Shown piece by piece: positions 8,625 through 19,330 of a stretch of 45,407 nt of DNA. The translations under genes were made by a program, and so were the position numbers. Numbering within the stretch: the stretch's first letter is position 1; each line of letters starts with the position of its first letter. The notes beneath the pieces were generated by a model, which saw only the letters and a list, made by a program, of their open reading frames with translations, was not told where the DNA came from and searched no databases. The stretch spans positions 1-45,407 of the IMG/VR virus record IMGVR_UViG_3300033489_000018. One strand, written 5' to 3'. The DNA is from a virus. Taxonomy: Duplodnaviria > Caudoviricetes.

Positions 8625-11099
8625 TCACTCTATTAAATCATCCAACGATCCGTTATCGTATGCGCGTTTGAATCTATCTACCAACGTCTCTGCCTGGTCG
8701 ACCTCTTTCGGGTCCAGCGCTGAAGCCCGCTGCAATTGTCTCTCTGCACCCGTGCCACGGTTCTGCGCCGCAACAGCGGCCGTCATGGGGCCCATGCCCA
8801 TCAACTGCTGCATGGCCTGAAATACCGGGTCGACGTGTACAGCCGCCGTTGCCAGCCCAGACATCCATGCCGAAACGCTGGTGCCATGCGCTGATGCCTT
8901 GATATCTCCCGCCTGAGCCTTGGTCTTCGAATAGGCATGGAGCTGGTGTACGTCCATAAGCCATTTCAGAGTTTCCCGGTTGTCTTTCAGCAGGTCATGC
9001 AGTACCTTGTCTTCCACATCCCGGCTTTGATTGCCTATTTGCCGCACCGCGGAAAACACCGCGGCGTTTTGTTTCGCTAGATCCGGCTCTACGCGGTCCG
9101 CGTTGCCAAGTCCAGAAGAGTAAAAAGCGTTGTCGGTTTCGTTTTGTAGATGGTGATGCCGATTCTTCAGCGCCGCCCATCCTGAGATCTCTCGATCCTC
9201 AATCTGGCCGTTGCGGCCTTTTACTTGAATGGTTGCCGTCAGGCTTCTTGGTGCGACGTCGTTGGCACCAAACCGCTCGCGAGTTCTACGTATCGCCTCT
9301 TGCAACTCATCAAACCCGGTAGGGATGTTTCCACCAGGTCGGTTGGCTTCGGCACGTACCTTGTCGTCTATAGCGCTAATCGAATCGTCAAGTTGCCTGG
9401 CATTGAGATCCCGCCAGATAATGACGTACCCATCGTCGGTCATAGAACCGCGACCGTTGGATAGCTTAGGTGCCACGTATTTGGCGATCTCGTCATCCAA
9501 ACCTTGCGACTTAAGATTTGCGATTTGCTGATTTACCACCTCCGTCGACGACTTGTCCATGATCTTGACGAACGCTTTGTCTAGATCACTGTTGCTTACG
9601 AAGGGCAGGATCTCCCCATCGGAATCCGTATACCTTTTCTTTAGGTCAATGATTCTATCCCCAACCTCTTTTACCGGAATCGACTGCTGGCCTTGCGGAG
9701 AGTTGTAATACAGCTCGTTCTCGCGTGTCATCTGTTGCAATACGCTAGCACGTTTCTCTACCGCAGCGGTCTTCAGCGGTTGTACCAGCCTACCTTCTAT
9801 AGTGGCTTCGGCGCTCGGCTCGTACTTCGCCTCTCCCGGTTTCGGCTCCCCAAACCATTCCGATACATCCCGGTTACGCTCTTGTATCCGAGCCGAGGTG
9901 GACTTGTCCCGCAAGGCGACCTCGGCGGCTAAAGCTTCGGGAGGTTTTACCCCTTCGAGTATACCGGTCCTGGTTTGTCCGCCAGAGACCTTCTCGTATT
10001 GATTCAAGGCTTCGCCCACTGCACGCTTTTCCGAGCGCAAGGCGGTAACAGCCTTGTTGCCTAAGGCACCAGCGGCTTCGATAGGCGCGCCGAACATGAT
10101 AGACGGCAAGATGGCACTACTAGCTCGGTCGGCGACATCTCCTGCGGCCCGTCCTTCCACCGCGGCTATTCCGCCTTCTTGCGCCGCGCCACTGGCGCCG
10201 ATGATGCCGAGCTTGGCTAGTATTCTTGGTACGAACTTAGCTCCCGCGACCCCCTTCATGCCTATTCCAGCGACCTTGTTGATGCCTTGCGCGGCTCCCC
10301 ACGGGGTAAGCATCGCCCCTAATCCACCCGCGATATTCGCAGCGGTGTTCTGAGACTGCGATGCCCGGATACGCTCTGCCAATGGAAGCAACAACCCCTG
10401 CCCTATAAGTTCCTTCTCAGCCGGGGTCGGCTCCGACATCGCGCTAAGCGCCTGCTTTCCAGCTCCGAAAGCAAGCATGTCATCTAAGGCACCGAAAAAC
10501 GGCTCAGCGATATTCCCCGCCATGTAAGAGCCCAGCTCACCGGCAGTGCGAGGTTGCAGGTATTTCAATCTCACTGCGCCTTGCCCATGCCGCTGTAATA
10601 CCATCGCGGCTTTTTTCCATTTACCATCGGCGTAGTCTTTATACGCCTCCGAATCTTCGCCGCTTTGCTGCAAATCCGCGAGCTTGTCACCGGCCTTAGA
10701 CTCGCTAAAGAAGTTGGCGGCCTCTTCCAGCGTCGGCTCTACCCATTGCAACGTTGACCCGGCCTGTGGATTCATCGCTTCAAGCGTGGGCCCAAAAAAC
10801 AAGGACATCTTTTTAGAGGCAGAGGGTAGCGAGGGTTCCAAATCCGCCTGCTTCTTTTCGTGTTCAGCGCTTTCTTGTGCTACCTGGTCGTATGATACGA
10901 TTGGCGAAGAAGCCGACTCCATCGGTAGCGATTCCCCCGGGGGCGCGAGCGCAGCGTCAGGCATCGCGGGGGCTTCGGAAGGCGTAGACTGCGTAGCTAC
11001 GTACCTATCTAAAGCCGCACGTATCTTAGCCGCCTTCTCTTCGGGTAGCTTCCCAGAAGATAGCAGCTTCTCAGCGCGTAGAACCCTGGTATCGCTCAT
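8625..11099 (-). CDS. large internal virion/ejection protein
   Basis: 824 aa, Ala/Gly-rich hydrophobic central segments, podovirus gene order. Confidence 0.6.
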   Translation of the reverse strand: MSDTRVLRAEKLLSSGKLPEEKAAKIRAALDRYVATQSTPSEAPAMPDAALAPPGESLPMESASSPIVSYDQVAQESAEHEKKQADLEPSLPSASKKMSLFFGPTLEAMNPQAGSTLQWVEPTLEEAANFFSESKAGDKLADLQQSGEDSEAYKDYADGKWKKAAMVLQRHGQGAVRLKYLQPRTAGELGSYMAGNIAEPFFGALDDMLAFGAGKQALSAMSEPTPAEKELIGQGLLLPLAERIRASQSQNTAANIAGGLGAMLTPWGAAQGINKVAGIGMKGVAGAKFVPRILAKLGIIGASGAAQEGGIAAVEGRAAGDVADRASSAILPSIMFGAPIEAAGALGNKAVTALRSEKRAVGEALNQYEKVSGGQTRTGILEGVKPPEALAAEVALRDKSTSARIQERNRDVSEWFGEPKPGEAKYEPSAEATIEGRLVQPLKTAAVEKRASVLQQMTRENELYYNSPQGQQSIPVKEVGDRIIDLKKRYTDSDGEILPFVSNSDLDKAFVKIMDKSSTEVVNQQIANLKSQGLDDEIAKYVAPKLSNGRGSMTDDGYVIIWRDLNARQLDDSISAIDDKVRAEANRPGGNIPTGFDELQEAIRRTRERFGANDVAPRSLTATIQVKGRNGQIEDREISGWAALKNRHHHLQNETDNAFYSSGLGNADRVEPDLAKQNAAVFSAVRQIGNQSRDVEDKVLHDLLKDNRETLKWLMDVHQLHAYSKTKAQAGDIKASAHGTSVSAWMSGLATAAVHVDPVFQAMQQLMGMGPMTAAVAAQNRGTGAERQLQRASALDPKEVDQAETLVDRFKRAYDNGSLDDLIE

Positions 11100-12436
11100 C
11101 AGTCGCCTTCCTCTTCTCTCAGCAAGCCATCGAGTTCAGCCGCGGCATCATTGGATTCAGATTCCCGCCCCTCGTTTGTGGGAGCGGCATATCCAAGCGC
11201 GGCGTTTTCCGGCTCTACTCGTTTGAACCAACTGTAATGAGGCTTACTAAATGCGCTGTTTAGTACATCGGTAGTAGCATCCTGTTGCTCTCTAAACCGA
11301 GAGTCTGTAAGCCGCGAGCGTAACGAGCCGTACGCCGCCTTCTGCTCTTCATGACGAATTTGCATCCCATGCAACAAAGCCGTGCTTATCTGCTCGATCT
11401 CTGCCTGCGATATATCACCCTCAATGTTTTCCGCCGCCCATGACTTGATCTTAGTCCAGGTACTCTGCAATCCTCTAGCGCGCTTTACATCGAAATCAGA
11501 GGGTCTAGAACCTTCGCCTTGCATTCCAAGTAGCGCCCTAATTCCTGTCCACACCTCCGTACCATTGCCCGATTTGATGCCTTTATACGCTTGTGACATC
11601 TTGGCCAATGCCGCATCGCCTTCGTAGAACCGGCTACCTTTAAGGGTATTTTCCGCATCTTTTACCGCGGCGAGATAGATTCTCGGATCGCCACTATAGC
11701 CACTTTTTGTTTCACCCTTGCCCGTGCCCATGCCGCGTTTCTTCATATCTATCTGTAGCTGGCGCTTTCGGTCGTTGTAGAGTTTAGATAGCCACGCAGC
11801 AGCCTTTTCCTTGTTTCCTTCCATAACACGGACGGCTTCTGGCGACATGCCTGCAACAGTCTCAGCGAGCATCTTATCGGCTTCGCTCGCGGGCGTTTCT
11901 GTATTCTTAGCAAACAGCTCCTGCGTTTGCTGTTCCGCCGTGGCCTTGATCTGCTCCGGATTAATGCCAAACGTCCTATCTCCGGCGATAATATCGTACG
12001 CCCCGCTACCGGGGAATCCCGCCTGGTCCAAGACGCTCATCGTTGCCGGATCGCTAAATCCCTGTTCGGCTCGGTTGCCAAGCATGTTGTTCGCCGACAG
12101 CGTTGCCTTGGCCATGGTGGGGTTTTGCGCGATCATCCCCTCGATACCGGTCAACACGTTGGTTTGTTGCTTCTGCTTTTCCAGGTTGTACTTGTCTTTT
12201 TCAAGCGCCTGCTTATCCGCTGCACTTGAAGCACGCATCTGTGCCGCTCGCATGGCCTGTTCGACATTCGCGCGGTTAGCGTCCTGGGACGCCTGAAGCT
12301 GTTTTTCCGCCAGCTCCCGGTCTTTCTTTTCGGCGATAGCCTTTAGTATCGAGCCTATGGCGCCGGATAGATCCAAGCCCTGCGCTGGCTGTCGAGGCGT
12401 GATGTAACCCGAAAGGTCTTGTAAGGATACTGGCAT
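11099..12436 (-). CDS. internal virion/ejection protein
   Basis: Helical, Q/A/K-rich; gene order. Confidence 0.55.
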   Translation of the reverse strand: MPVSLQDLSGYITPRQPAQGLDLSGAIGSILKAIAEKKDRELAEKQLQASQDANRANVEQAMRAAQMRASSAADKQALEKDKYNLEKQKQQTNVLTGIEGMIAQNPTMAKATLSANNMLGNRAEQGFSDPATMSVLDQAGFPGSGAYDIIAGDRTFGINPEQIKATAEQQTQELFAKNTETPASEADKMLAETVAGMSPEAVRVMEGNKEKAAAWLSKLYNDRKRQLQIDMKKRGMGTGKGETKSGYSGDPRIYLAAVKDAENTLKGSRFYEGDAALAKMSQAYKGIKSGNGTEVWTGIRALLGMQGEGSRPSDFDVKRARGLQSTWTKIKSWAAENIEGDISQAEIEQISTALLHGMQIRHEEQKAAYGSLRSRLTDSRFREQQDATTDVLNSAFSKPHYSWFKRVEPENAALGYAAPTNEGRESESNDAAAELDGLLREEEGD

Positions 12437-12444
12437 GGTTTACC

Positions 12445-14148
12445 TCATATGAGCATAGCCGCCCCACCCGCGAGGCCCTTGATAAGATCCATCGCGGCCG
12501 ACTGGTTGGCATTGCTCTGCGCCGCGCCCTCGGCCGTACCGCCAAGTAACAACGATTGGATCATGGCATATAGGTCGGCGTCGCTACCGAACATGCTTTC
12601 GTTTGCGCTTCCAACCGTATTGTTTATGCTCTGAGTAGTGCCGAAAATCTTGTTAAACTCATCCATGCCGCGCTGTCTCTCGGCGTCCTGCGCTACTGCC
12701 GACAGGTTGCCTCCACCTAGAAGTTGGGATAATGACGTGGCATCAACGCCTTGCGCGGTATTGAATCCACCCAAGAGTTTTTCTAGTGTTGAGGAATCCG
12801 CGCCTGCCGCGAGATTACCAGCCGTATTGAGTTGGTTGAGATTACCGGCATCGACGTTTCCAGCGGTCTGATACCCGCCCATCATTTTCGCCAAAGTATT
12901 CTGATCAGCCGCACTAGAAGCCGTCACGCCCCCGAGCATTCGTTGCAAGGCTGAGTTCTGCGATTGGTTCATAATATCCGCCGCGCCCTGTTGGCGCTGT
13001 AAACCAAGCGTCTCAGCGTTGTTCGCCAGGTTACCACCCAGAGTATCCCACGCGCGCTGCTCGGCGGTTTTATTCAAATCCATCGTTTCAGCCCCACCGG
13101 CCAGCCCGCCTAATGTCGACAGCCAATCCTGCTGTGCCTGCTGCGCCTGGTTGGCGAGACCCCCGCCCAACGTCTCCCATTGGCGCTGCTCACCTAGGCG
13201 GGCGAGGTTATAGTCCGCCTCGCGATTGGCTTGCTCGCCTCTCAGACCCTCCGCCGCCAAGCGCTCTTGGCCCTGTGCCGCGCTAGAGCCAAACGAGCCG
13301 CGCGACGCGGAGCCCATCTGTAGATCCTCTGTAGCGCGCTTTATTGCGGTATCGTAATAAGTATCGAAACCAGGTTCGTTAGAGATTTTAGGTTGAGAAT
13401 TCAGGAAGCTCTGATACGCCTGTTGTGCTTGGTTTGCAGAACCCGTCATGCCGCCCATCTTGCTTCCCAACGTCGACCATAGGTTCTGTAGCGCCCCGGG
13501 ATCGGTTATACCGCTAGGTGCCTGGTATCCCTGCTGATACTGCTGCATCGCTCCAGGCTGTAGCATCTGGTTCGCAGCGCCCCCGGCGTAGTTCTCGAAC
13601 TGTCCTGGCTGCTGATATTGCCCAGATCGCTGGTTATAGAGCGTTTGGGAAGATGTGGGTTGTTTAAACTGCCCGCCAAACTGAGCGAACATGGCGGCCA
13701 GAGAATTCGGATCGTTTAGCATTCCCTGGCTTTGATTCCACAAATCGCTTTGTGATGTAGGCGCTCCGAACTGTCCTGAGTACTGCTTCCACATCTCATC
13801 CATCGTCGTAGGCTGAGAGAACTGCCCCTGTGTCTGCGTCCAGTAGTTTTCCGCCGCGCCCGGCACTCCAAACTCTCCCTGCACGTTTCCTGTGTTTAGG
13901 TTACCAAAGCCAAACTGTGGTGAGGCCAGCGCGTTCCCTACCGTGCCCCCCATGTTTGAAATAACCCCTTGAGGGGTCTGGGTGGGCGTAGAAGCAGTGG
14001 GAAGTGTGGGCGTCCCCTGCACAGTCGGCTTTGCTGTACCAACTGTTGCCGTGGGAAGCCTCGCTCCCGTAGCCGTAACCTTCGGCTTAGTTGCCGCCGC
14101 ACCGACTAGCGCGCCCATGTTACCGATCAGATTGGTTAGATTTACCAT
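12445..14148 (-). CDS. Gln/Gly-rich DNA transfer (pilot/ejection) protein
   Basis: Low-complexity Q/G/A/N quasi-repeats, ASRGSFGSS motif, position after the tail hub. Confidence 0.65.
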   Translation of the reverse strand: MVNLTNLIGNMGALVGAAATKPKVTATGARLPTATVGTAKPTVQGTPTLPTASTPTQTPQGVISNMGGTVGNALASPQFGFGNLNTGNVQGEFGVPGAAENYWTQTQGQFSQPTTMDEMWKQYSGQFGAPTSQSDLWNQSQGMLNDPNSLAAMFAQFGGQFKQPTSSQTLYNQRSGQYQQPGQFENYAGGAANQMLQPGAMQQYQQGYQAPSGITDPGALQNLWSTLGSKMGGMTGSANQAQQAYQSFLNSQPKISNEPGFDTYYDTAIKRATEDLQMGSASRGSFGSSAAQGQERLAAEGLRGEQANREADYNLARLGEQRQWETLGGGLANQAQQAQQDWLSTLGGLAGGAETMDLNKTAEQRAWDTLGGNLANNAETLGLQRQQGAADIMNQSQNSALQRMLGGVTASSAADQNTLAKMMGGYQTAGNVDAGNLNQLNTAGNLAAGADSSTLEKLLGGFNTAQGVDATSLSQLLGGGNLSAVAQDAERQRGMDEFNKIFGTTQSINNTVGSANESMFGSDADLYAMIQSLLLGGTAEGAAQSNANQSAAMDLIKGLAGGAAMLI

Positions 14149-14577
14149 TTATTTCTCCCAAGGCATACGCGAGTTGGCGGATGGTGACGTGCCCCACGCC
14201 GTGCCAAACGCAGGCCCCCCCGGAGCGATCTTCTTCGCCTCTTTGCTGTACCGGGTTTGAGGCTTTGCTTCTAAACTTTGCAGCATCTCTTGCAACGCTT
14301 TCAACTTCGCCTCACTCTCCGCGCGACTTGTGGGATTATCGTATGGCGACTGAGAAAATTGAGACAAGTCAAACCTGGCGGAAGGACCGTATTGACTCGT
14401 CAGCAAATCGTTGAGCGGACCGTAGCTTTGCATCTGGGTGGCAAGAGACTGCTGTCGCGCCGGGCGGTTCTCCTGACGGTACTGCTCGAACTTCCCGGCT
14501 AGGTTGCCGAAGTTCTTCTGGTGGGTATCTTCCGCATCGCTGCTGGTCAATCCAAGGGCATCTGTGATAACTCCCAT
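14149..14577 (-). CDS. small internal virion protein
   Basis: MG-start, Gln-rich, between hub and ejection genes. Confidence 0.55.
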   Translation of the reverse strand: MGVITDALGLTSSDAEDTHQKNFGNLAGKFEQYRQENRPARQQSLATQMQSYGPLNDLLTSQYGPSARFDLSQFSQSPYDNPTSRAESEAKLKALQEMLQSLEAKPQTRYSKEAKKIAPGGPAFGTAWGTSPSANSRMPWEK

Positions 14578-14583
14578 GTCTAC

Positions 14584-16026
14584 CTATCCTTCCAGAATTT
14601 CATACTGCTCGGTTACGCCGGATAGCGCCAGCTCTTCTGAGGAAGAGAACTCCAGCTTCCAGTTGCGCTTTCGATACACGCCTAATGACCTAAATTGTAC
14701 CACCGGATACCGATCTCCGCTATGTCCTAGATCGATACGGATCGGATCTGTCCACTCATCCGGGCTATCTGCGTACCGTAGGCAGGCGTATGTACGCGTA
14801 GCGCTTTGAGACGCCCCGCGCTTGAACGACATGGTGATAGAGACGCAATGCTTCTTCTGCTCCGTATCGTGGTTTTGAAAGCCCGTCTCGACTACCGCCA
14901 TGATCGGCGTGCCCATGTCGTCAGCGGCCTGTGTACTCATCTCGTATACATGGCCGTCTGTAGTGCCGACCAGATTCGCGCTTTCCGAGGGATGGTAACA
15001 GTGGCAGTTGATCCGCAACCGTTTCCACACGTTCGCCGTCGCATCGCGTTCCATCCATTGCGACCAACCGCTATTCGTCTGTCGGGCGAAAGTGCGGCCA
15101 TCGGGAAAGGTCCATACCAGGCAGTCTACTGGTGGAGCGTAAATCCGATATCCGAAGCATGTGCTGATATCGGCCATCTCCATAAGATTGCGATTTATGG
15201 CCTCAGATATCACGTTGTAAGAACTACCGTCTGAGACCACAAACCGCCGGTGATCGTCAAGCCAAGCAAAGCTGTCATCGATGCGTATCACAGAGTAAGG
15301 CGCGGCGCAGCCTAAGTTGATGGTTTGCGCAGGCGCGTAGACGTAAACCGAATCGGTAGCAAACGTCTGCAAAGTGCTACGGCCAAATGCAAAAACAAGA
15401 TTGGTGTTTTCATGCAAAGCCACAATAGGATCAGCGCGAGCTTCACCGGAAAAATAACCAGAAATACCAGCCAGAGCCCATACCTCGTGATTCGCATAAC
15501 TATTCCCAGCGGCCAATCCGGAATACTGTATCTTGCTCTTATCCACATCCGGGGTGTTGGCCAGCAGTCTTGAGCCGTGAGAGATCATGTGCGTTGCGTT
15601 TGGCGGACCGCCCCCGAGGCGGCTAGCGGTGTTCGTGGCCAGCACGATTTTCTCCGGCGCGGCCCCCGCGGCAATAGCTACGATAGCTTCGGTTTCCGAA
15701 AAGACGGGGCGTTGAGAACCGACCATATCGCTACCGCTACCCAAGGTAGACAGGTTGGTAAATCCGCTTGGCCCCACGTCGTAAATGCTACGTAGTATGA
15801 GCCCCGAAACAGCGTACGTCTTTCCGGTATACGTGGCATGGAGCGCGTCAATTCCGTTTGCATCTATTGCGGCGGACGATGCCAGTAAGCTTGCCTTTAT
15901 TCCCGGCCTGCGGAGCACGGTCCCCTTCGAATCGATAACAACGTTCATGGCAACGGGCGAGGCTCCACTCAGCGATTCGTGACCGCTTTCCTGATTGTTG
16001 CCGAATATTAGCTTCGCCTGTTCCAT
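14584..16026 (-). CDS. tail hub / packaged DNA stabilization protein (P22 gp10-like)
   Basis: LRRPG N-terminus, AxADPIVAL, GCAAPYSV, C-terminal FRSLG..RKR. Confidence 0.75.
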   Translation of the reverse strand: MEQAKLIFGNNQESGHESLSGASPVAMNVVIDSKGTVLRRPGIKASLLASSAAIDANGIDALHATYTGKTYAVSGLILRSIYDVGPSGFTNLSTLGSGSDMVGSQRPVFSETEAIVAIAAGAAPEKIVLATNTASRLGGGPPNATHMISHGSRLLANTPDVDKSKIQYSGLAAGNSYANHEVWALAGISGYFSGEARADPIVALHENTNLVFAFGRSTLQTFATDSVYVYAPAQTINLGCAAPYSVIRIDDSFAWLDDHRRFVVSDGSSYNVISEAINRNLMEMADISTCFGYRIYAPPVDCLVWTFPDGRTFARQTNSGWSQWMERDATANVWKRLRINCHCYHPSESANLVGTTDGHVYEMSTQAADDMGTPIMAVVETGFQNHDTEQKKHCVSITMSFKRGASQSATRTYACLRYADSPDEWTDPIRIDLGHSGDRYPVVQFRSLGVYRKRNWKLEFSSSEELALSGVTEQYEILEG

Positions 16027-17717
16027 TATGGATGTACTATTGTAGCTTCACTCAATAGATACCAGCCCAATGCAGTCGTAGAATGCTGAAGACAAACCGC
16101 TTCTATTAATCTTACTTCGTTTATGTTTATAGTAAACGGGCTAGTGGCTCCACTTATCGTTGGTAGCGTGATACTACCGCTTACAGCAGCTACGGTTTGG
16201 TATATAGCTATAATAACACGCGCTCCCGGTATGCCATATGCGGCAGATATACTTACCGCCTGGGCGGCATTGCTGGTACGCACCACAAAAAATATGCCGT
16301 AACAATCCGATGCTAGAGAGACATCTGTGTTGATTGCCTCGTACTTATACCCGTTATTCCTATCACACGAATAATTGCATATCGTTGCTAAATATGCCGA
16401 CAGCGTTTCGGACATACTTACCGCAGGAATGCATAACATGATATTGCCAGATGACGCGAACCCGTTTGACCCCCTGGTTACCGTATTGTTGCTATTAAAG
16501 GCATATACACTGACTAGTGCAGCGGCGCATGACGAAAAGTAACACCCGCTTACCGTTACTTCGCTTTCGTTGTTAGCGTCGTCAATGTCTACGTATATGA
16601 TTGTAGTCGCTACTGACGCTGTCAGCGCCGTAGCGTCAAACTTACATGCCGATATAATAGCTGTACCGTCCGTCCACAAAGCATAGGCTATCGTACCAGC
16701 GCCAATGGTTACAGGAAATACAAAGTCGCATTTAGTAACCGTGAGGGAGCCGGATGTGGATGCCGACGTAATGCCTAAATTATTTCCCGAGTCGCCTATC
16801 TTAAAATAGCAGCCCTCCACACCTATGTCATACGCAAAAGTAGGCCTACCGGTAATACAAGAGGCTCCTAGTGCCTCAAGTTTGTCGCCATCAAAATAAC
16901 AATCTACTACAGACAGTTTGGTTGCTGTGGCCACCCATATATATTGGCCAGCAGTCGATATGATATTGCTGCTAAAGCGTAAGTACCGGATCTCTTGTCT
17001 TCCCAATGTCATGGCGGGAGCCACTGTTTCTATTAGGTTTTCTGTTGCGTGGTCCAGTAACAGGATAGACGTACCGAACGGACTACCAAGCAGGTTCACG
17101 TTACCCGGCAACTGCAATGCCGAGGTTATACGAAACGTTCCTGGTGGGAAGTATATCGTGCCATCTACCGCAGCGGCCGCAGTAATAGCCAAAGCGATAG
17201 ACGTAGTGTCGTCTGTCGTTCCGTTGCCAACAGCCCCGTAGGCTGGGCTTGTTACATTAAATACTTGGAATGACGATAGTGTTCCAAGTGCCGTCGCTAG
17301 GCCGGTCGCAGCGCTATTGAATAGCACCTCGAAGTCATCAGCTCCCGCGCTGGTCTTCCACCGGTCCAGAATAGTTTGGAGCGATACGGGCTTATTCGCA
17401 CCCGTCGCGCCGGTATCGTAATCCACACCGGTAAAGCTCGGCCCGACGTACTCTACCAATGGGGACGAAGTCATATCGGTAAAGAACCGCACACGCGCGC
17501 CAGAGCTGGCTTTCACATCGATATCGACCGATTCGTTTACGTATACCGTCGCGCCGCCGTTGACGTCGAGCTGCACATCGGTACCAGTCGACACCGCATT
17601 CGAACCGATATAGTCGGTGTAGTACGTCGCGCGAGAAGACGTGTCGCGCCGATATATCTCGGCCGTGCCGCTTTCGGCTCCCTTTACTCCAGATGCTAAA
17701 ACAGAGATGAGATGCAC
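16026..17717 (-). CDS. tailspike with pectate-lyase-3-like beta-helix
   Basis: NVTSPAYGAVGNGTTDDTTSI..IYFPPGTFRI motif; N-terminal head-binding-like domain. Confidence 0.8.
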   Translation of the reverse strand: MHLISVLASGVKGAESGTAEIYRRDTSSRATYYTDYIGSNAVSTGTDVQLDVNGGATVYVNESVDIDVKASSGARVRFFTDMTSSPLVEYVGPSFTGVDYDTGATGANKPVSLQTILDRWKTSAGADDFEVLFNSAATGLATALGTLSSFQVFNVTSPAYGAVGNGTTDDTTSIALAITAAAAVDGTIYFPPGTFRITSALQLPGNVNLLGSPFGTSILLLDHATENLIETVAPAMTLGRQEIRYLRFSSNIISTAGQYIWVATATKLSVVDCYFDGDKLEALGASCITGRPTFAYDIGVEGCYFKIGDSGNNLGITSASTSGSLTVTKCDFVFPVTIGAGTIAYALWTDGTAIISACKFDATALTASVATTIIYVDIDDANNESEVTVSGCYFSSCAAALVSVYAFNSNNTVTRGSNGFASSGNIMLCIPAVSMSETLSAYLATICNYSCDRNNGYKYEAINTDVSLASDCYGIFFVVRTSNAAQAVSISAAYGIPGARVIIAIYQTVAAVSGSITLPTISGATSPFTININEVRLIEAVCLQHSTTALGWYLLSEATIVHP

Positions 17718-17727
17718 AAGAAGCCTC

Positions 17728-18543
17728 CTATATCGAGATGACTACGCTTGATTTCGACTCTTCCGGATTGATGTAACCCTTACCGGTATTCGAGTACACG
17801 TCGGCACCGTTGAGGAGCGTCATCCGGGTTAGGGCGAAATGAAAGAAACCCGTGCCACCGCCGTCGTATAGACGGATCGCGTTGCCAGAGAAGCCCGTGC
17901 CTATGCCGCTGTCGGCAATCACGCTATCCATCTGAATGCGGTTGTATCCGTCGAGTACGCCTATAACCTGGACGGCATACTTTGCCGAAGCCCCGGCTAC
18001 GATCTCCGTGTCGTTGATATCCAGGTTCAGCGTACCAGCGGCATATACGCCTTCCGCCGCTACGCCAACCGGCTCGAAGCGGCATCCGTTGACGCGGTAC
18101 GTTGGCGTCGTTGTCGCGCCTACTGTCGCACCGAAATACAGCATCTTATTCGTGCCTTTGAACTTTATGTTGCGGAAGTCTAAGTAGTACGAACACGTCG
18201 CCCCGGAATACGAAATGACCGAAAACCCAGCGGCATCAATCGTGGCCGTTGGCGAGCCGCTACTATTGCCTTCGCCGACTATCGTAAGCGATTTCGTCAT
18301 AGCCAGATCCGCGGCCAGAACTTCAGAATGGTCGCTTAACAATACGATGATATCCCAGTCAGAGGTAACGGCGTATGCAGCAGCTAGCGTCGCGAAAGGC
18401 CGGTTACGTTCCAATCCGTCATTGGTGTCCGAACCGCTTACGCTGCTAAGATAGAAAATATTCCCGGTGACGATAAGCGGCCGACAGGTTGCGAGAATAT
18501 TCCCGGTTTGTCCGCCAATTCCATACGGTAAAGTGCTACTCAT
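17728..18543 (-). CDS. beta-helix (pectin-lyase fold) virion protein
   Basis: FYLSSVSGSDTNDG..PFATLAAA..DII cap motif. Confidence 0.7.
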   Translation of the reverse strand: MSSTLPYGIGGQTGNILATCRPLIVTGNIFYLSSVSGSDTNDGLERNRPFATLAAAYAVTSDWDIIVLLSDHSEVLAADLAMTKSLTIVGEGNSSGSPTATIDAAGFSVISYSGATCSYYLDFRNIKFKGTNKMLYFGATVGATTTPTYRVNGCRFEPVGVAAEGVYAAGTLNLDINDTEIVAGASAKYAVQVIGVLDGYNRIQMDSVIADSGIGTGFSGNAIRLYDGGGTGFFHFALTRMTLLNGADVYSNTGKGYINPEESKSSVVISI

Positions 18544-18547
18544 CTAA

Positions 18548-19270
18548 TCAGCTCCATTGGGTTGGGTGTGAAAACGTCATCGTTTGCGGTGCGCTCTCGT
18601 TAGATAGGCCCTTGAGACCGCCCTTAAGTCTCTCGGCTTCTTTCGCTAGCCGGTCGCAGCGACCTGATGGAAGCGAGTTGGACATGGCCAGTCTATATGC
18701 CAGCCGCCATTCTAGGTATTCGGTCCAGGGTACCTGTAAATCTACCGTAGTATTGCCTGGAGACGTATCTGCAAATAGGCGGTTGATCTTGAGCCTAATC
18801 CAGCCAGTAATAGACGGAGGCGGCCAGACGAAGACGTTCAGTGGCACCGACATTCTGTAGACACAGTATTTTTCTGGATATCCGCGACTTTCCTTGTTGC
18901 TCAACACTTGCCACATGTTCAGGCTTATCGGCTCGACAAGATACTCAGAAGGAGCCTGGGTTATGTCGGTTACCGTAGAATCGAAAAACATCGCATCGCC
19001 AATGACGTCCAACGCATACGCAGGCAACGAGTACTGATGCACCCCGGCAACGATCGGAAGGTTATAAAGCACGACGGATCGCGCGAATAACCCTTCTGCA
19101 TGCAAGCTGTCAAGAACGCTATCGAGCAGATCCCGGCCAAGCGCGAGTTTCTCCGGCCATCCCGGCGGACTGGTGCGCTGACTAGCCTCGATCAACCCCG
19201 CCTGCAAATAGGCAGTGAGGATAATCTGGTCAATCGTCTTTTCCGTACCGCGTGTGGTAGAGACTGTCAT
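18548..19270 (-). CDS. head-tail adaptor (P22 gp4 / tubular protein A-like)
   Basis: TIDQIILTAY, GYPEKY, VWPPP, YLEWRLAYRLA motifs; position after the capsid genes. Confidence 0.7.
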   Translation of the reverse strand: MTVSTTRGTEKTIDQIILTAYLQAGLIEASQRTSPPGWPEKLALGRDLLDSVLDSLHAEGLFARSVVLYNLPIVAGVHQYSLPAYALDVIGDAMFFDSTVTDITQAPSEYLVEPISLNMWQVLSNKESRGYPEKYCVYRMSVPLNVFVWPPPSITGWIRLKINRLFADTSPGNTTVDLQVPWTEYLEWRLAYRLAMSNSLPSGRCDRLAKEAERLKGGLKGLSNESAPQTMTFSHPTQWS

Positions 19271-19284
19271 GCACGTTACCCCTA

Positions 19285-19316
19285 GCTCGGGAGCGTTGTC
19301 GCAAACGCCCCCGAGC
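19285..19316 (-). terminator. intergenic hairpin after the head genes (no U-tract; attenuator or stability element)
   Basis: gctcgggagcgtt ... aacgcccccgagc inverted repeat. Confidence 0.45.
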
Positions 19317-19330
19317 GGATTATGGCAACG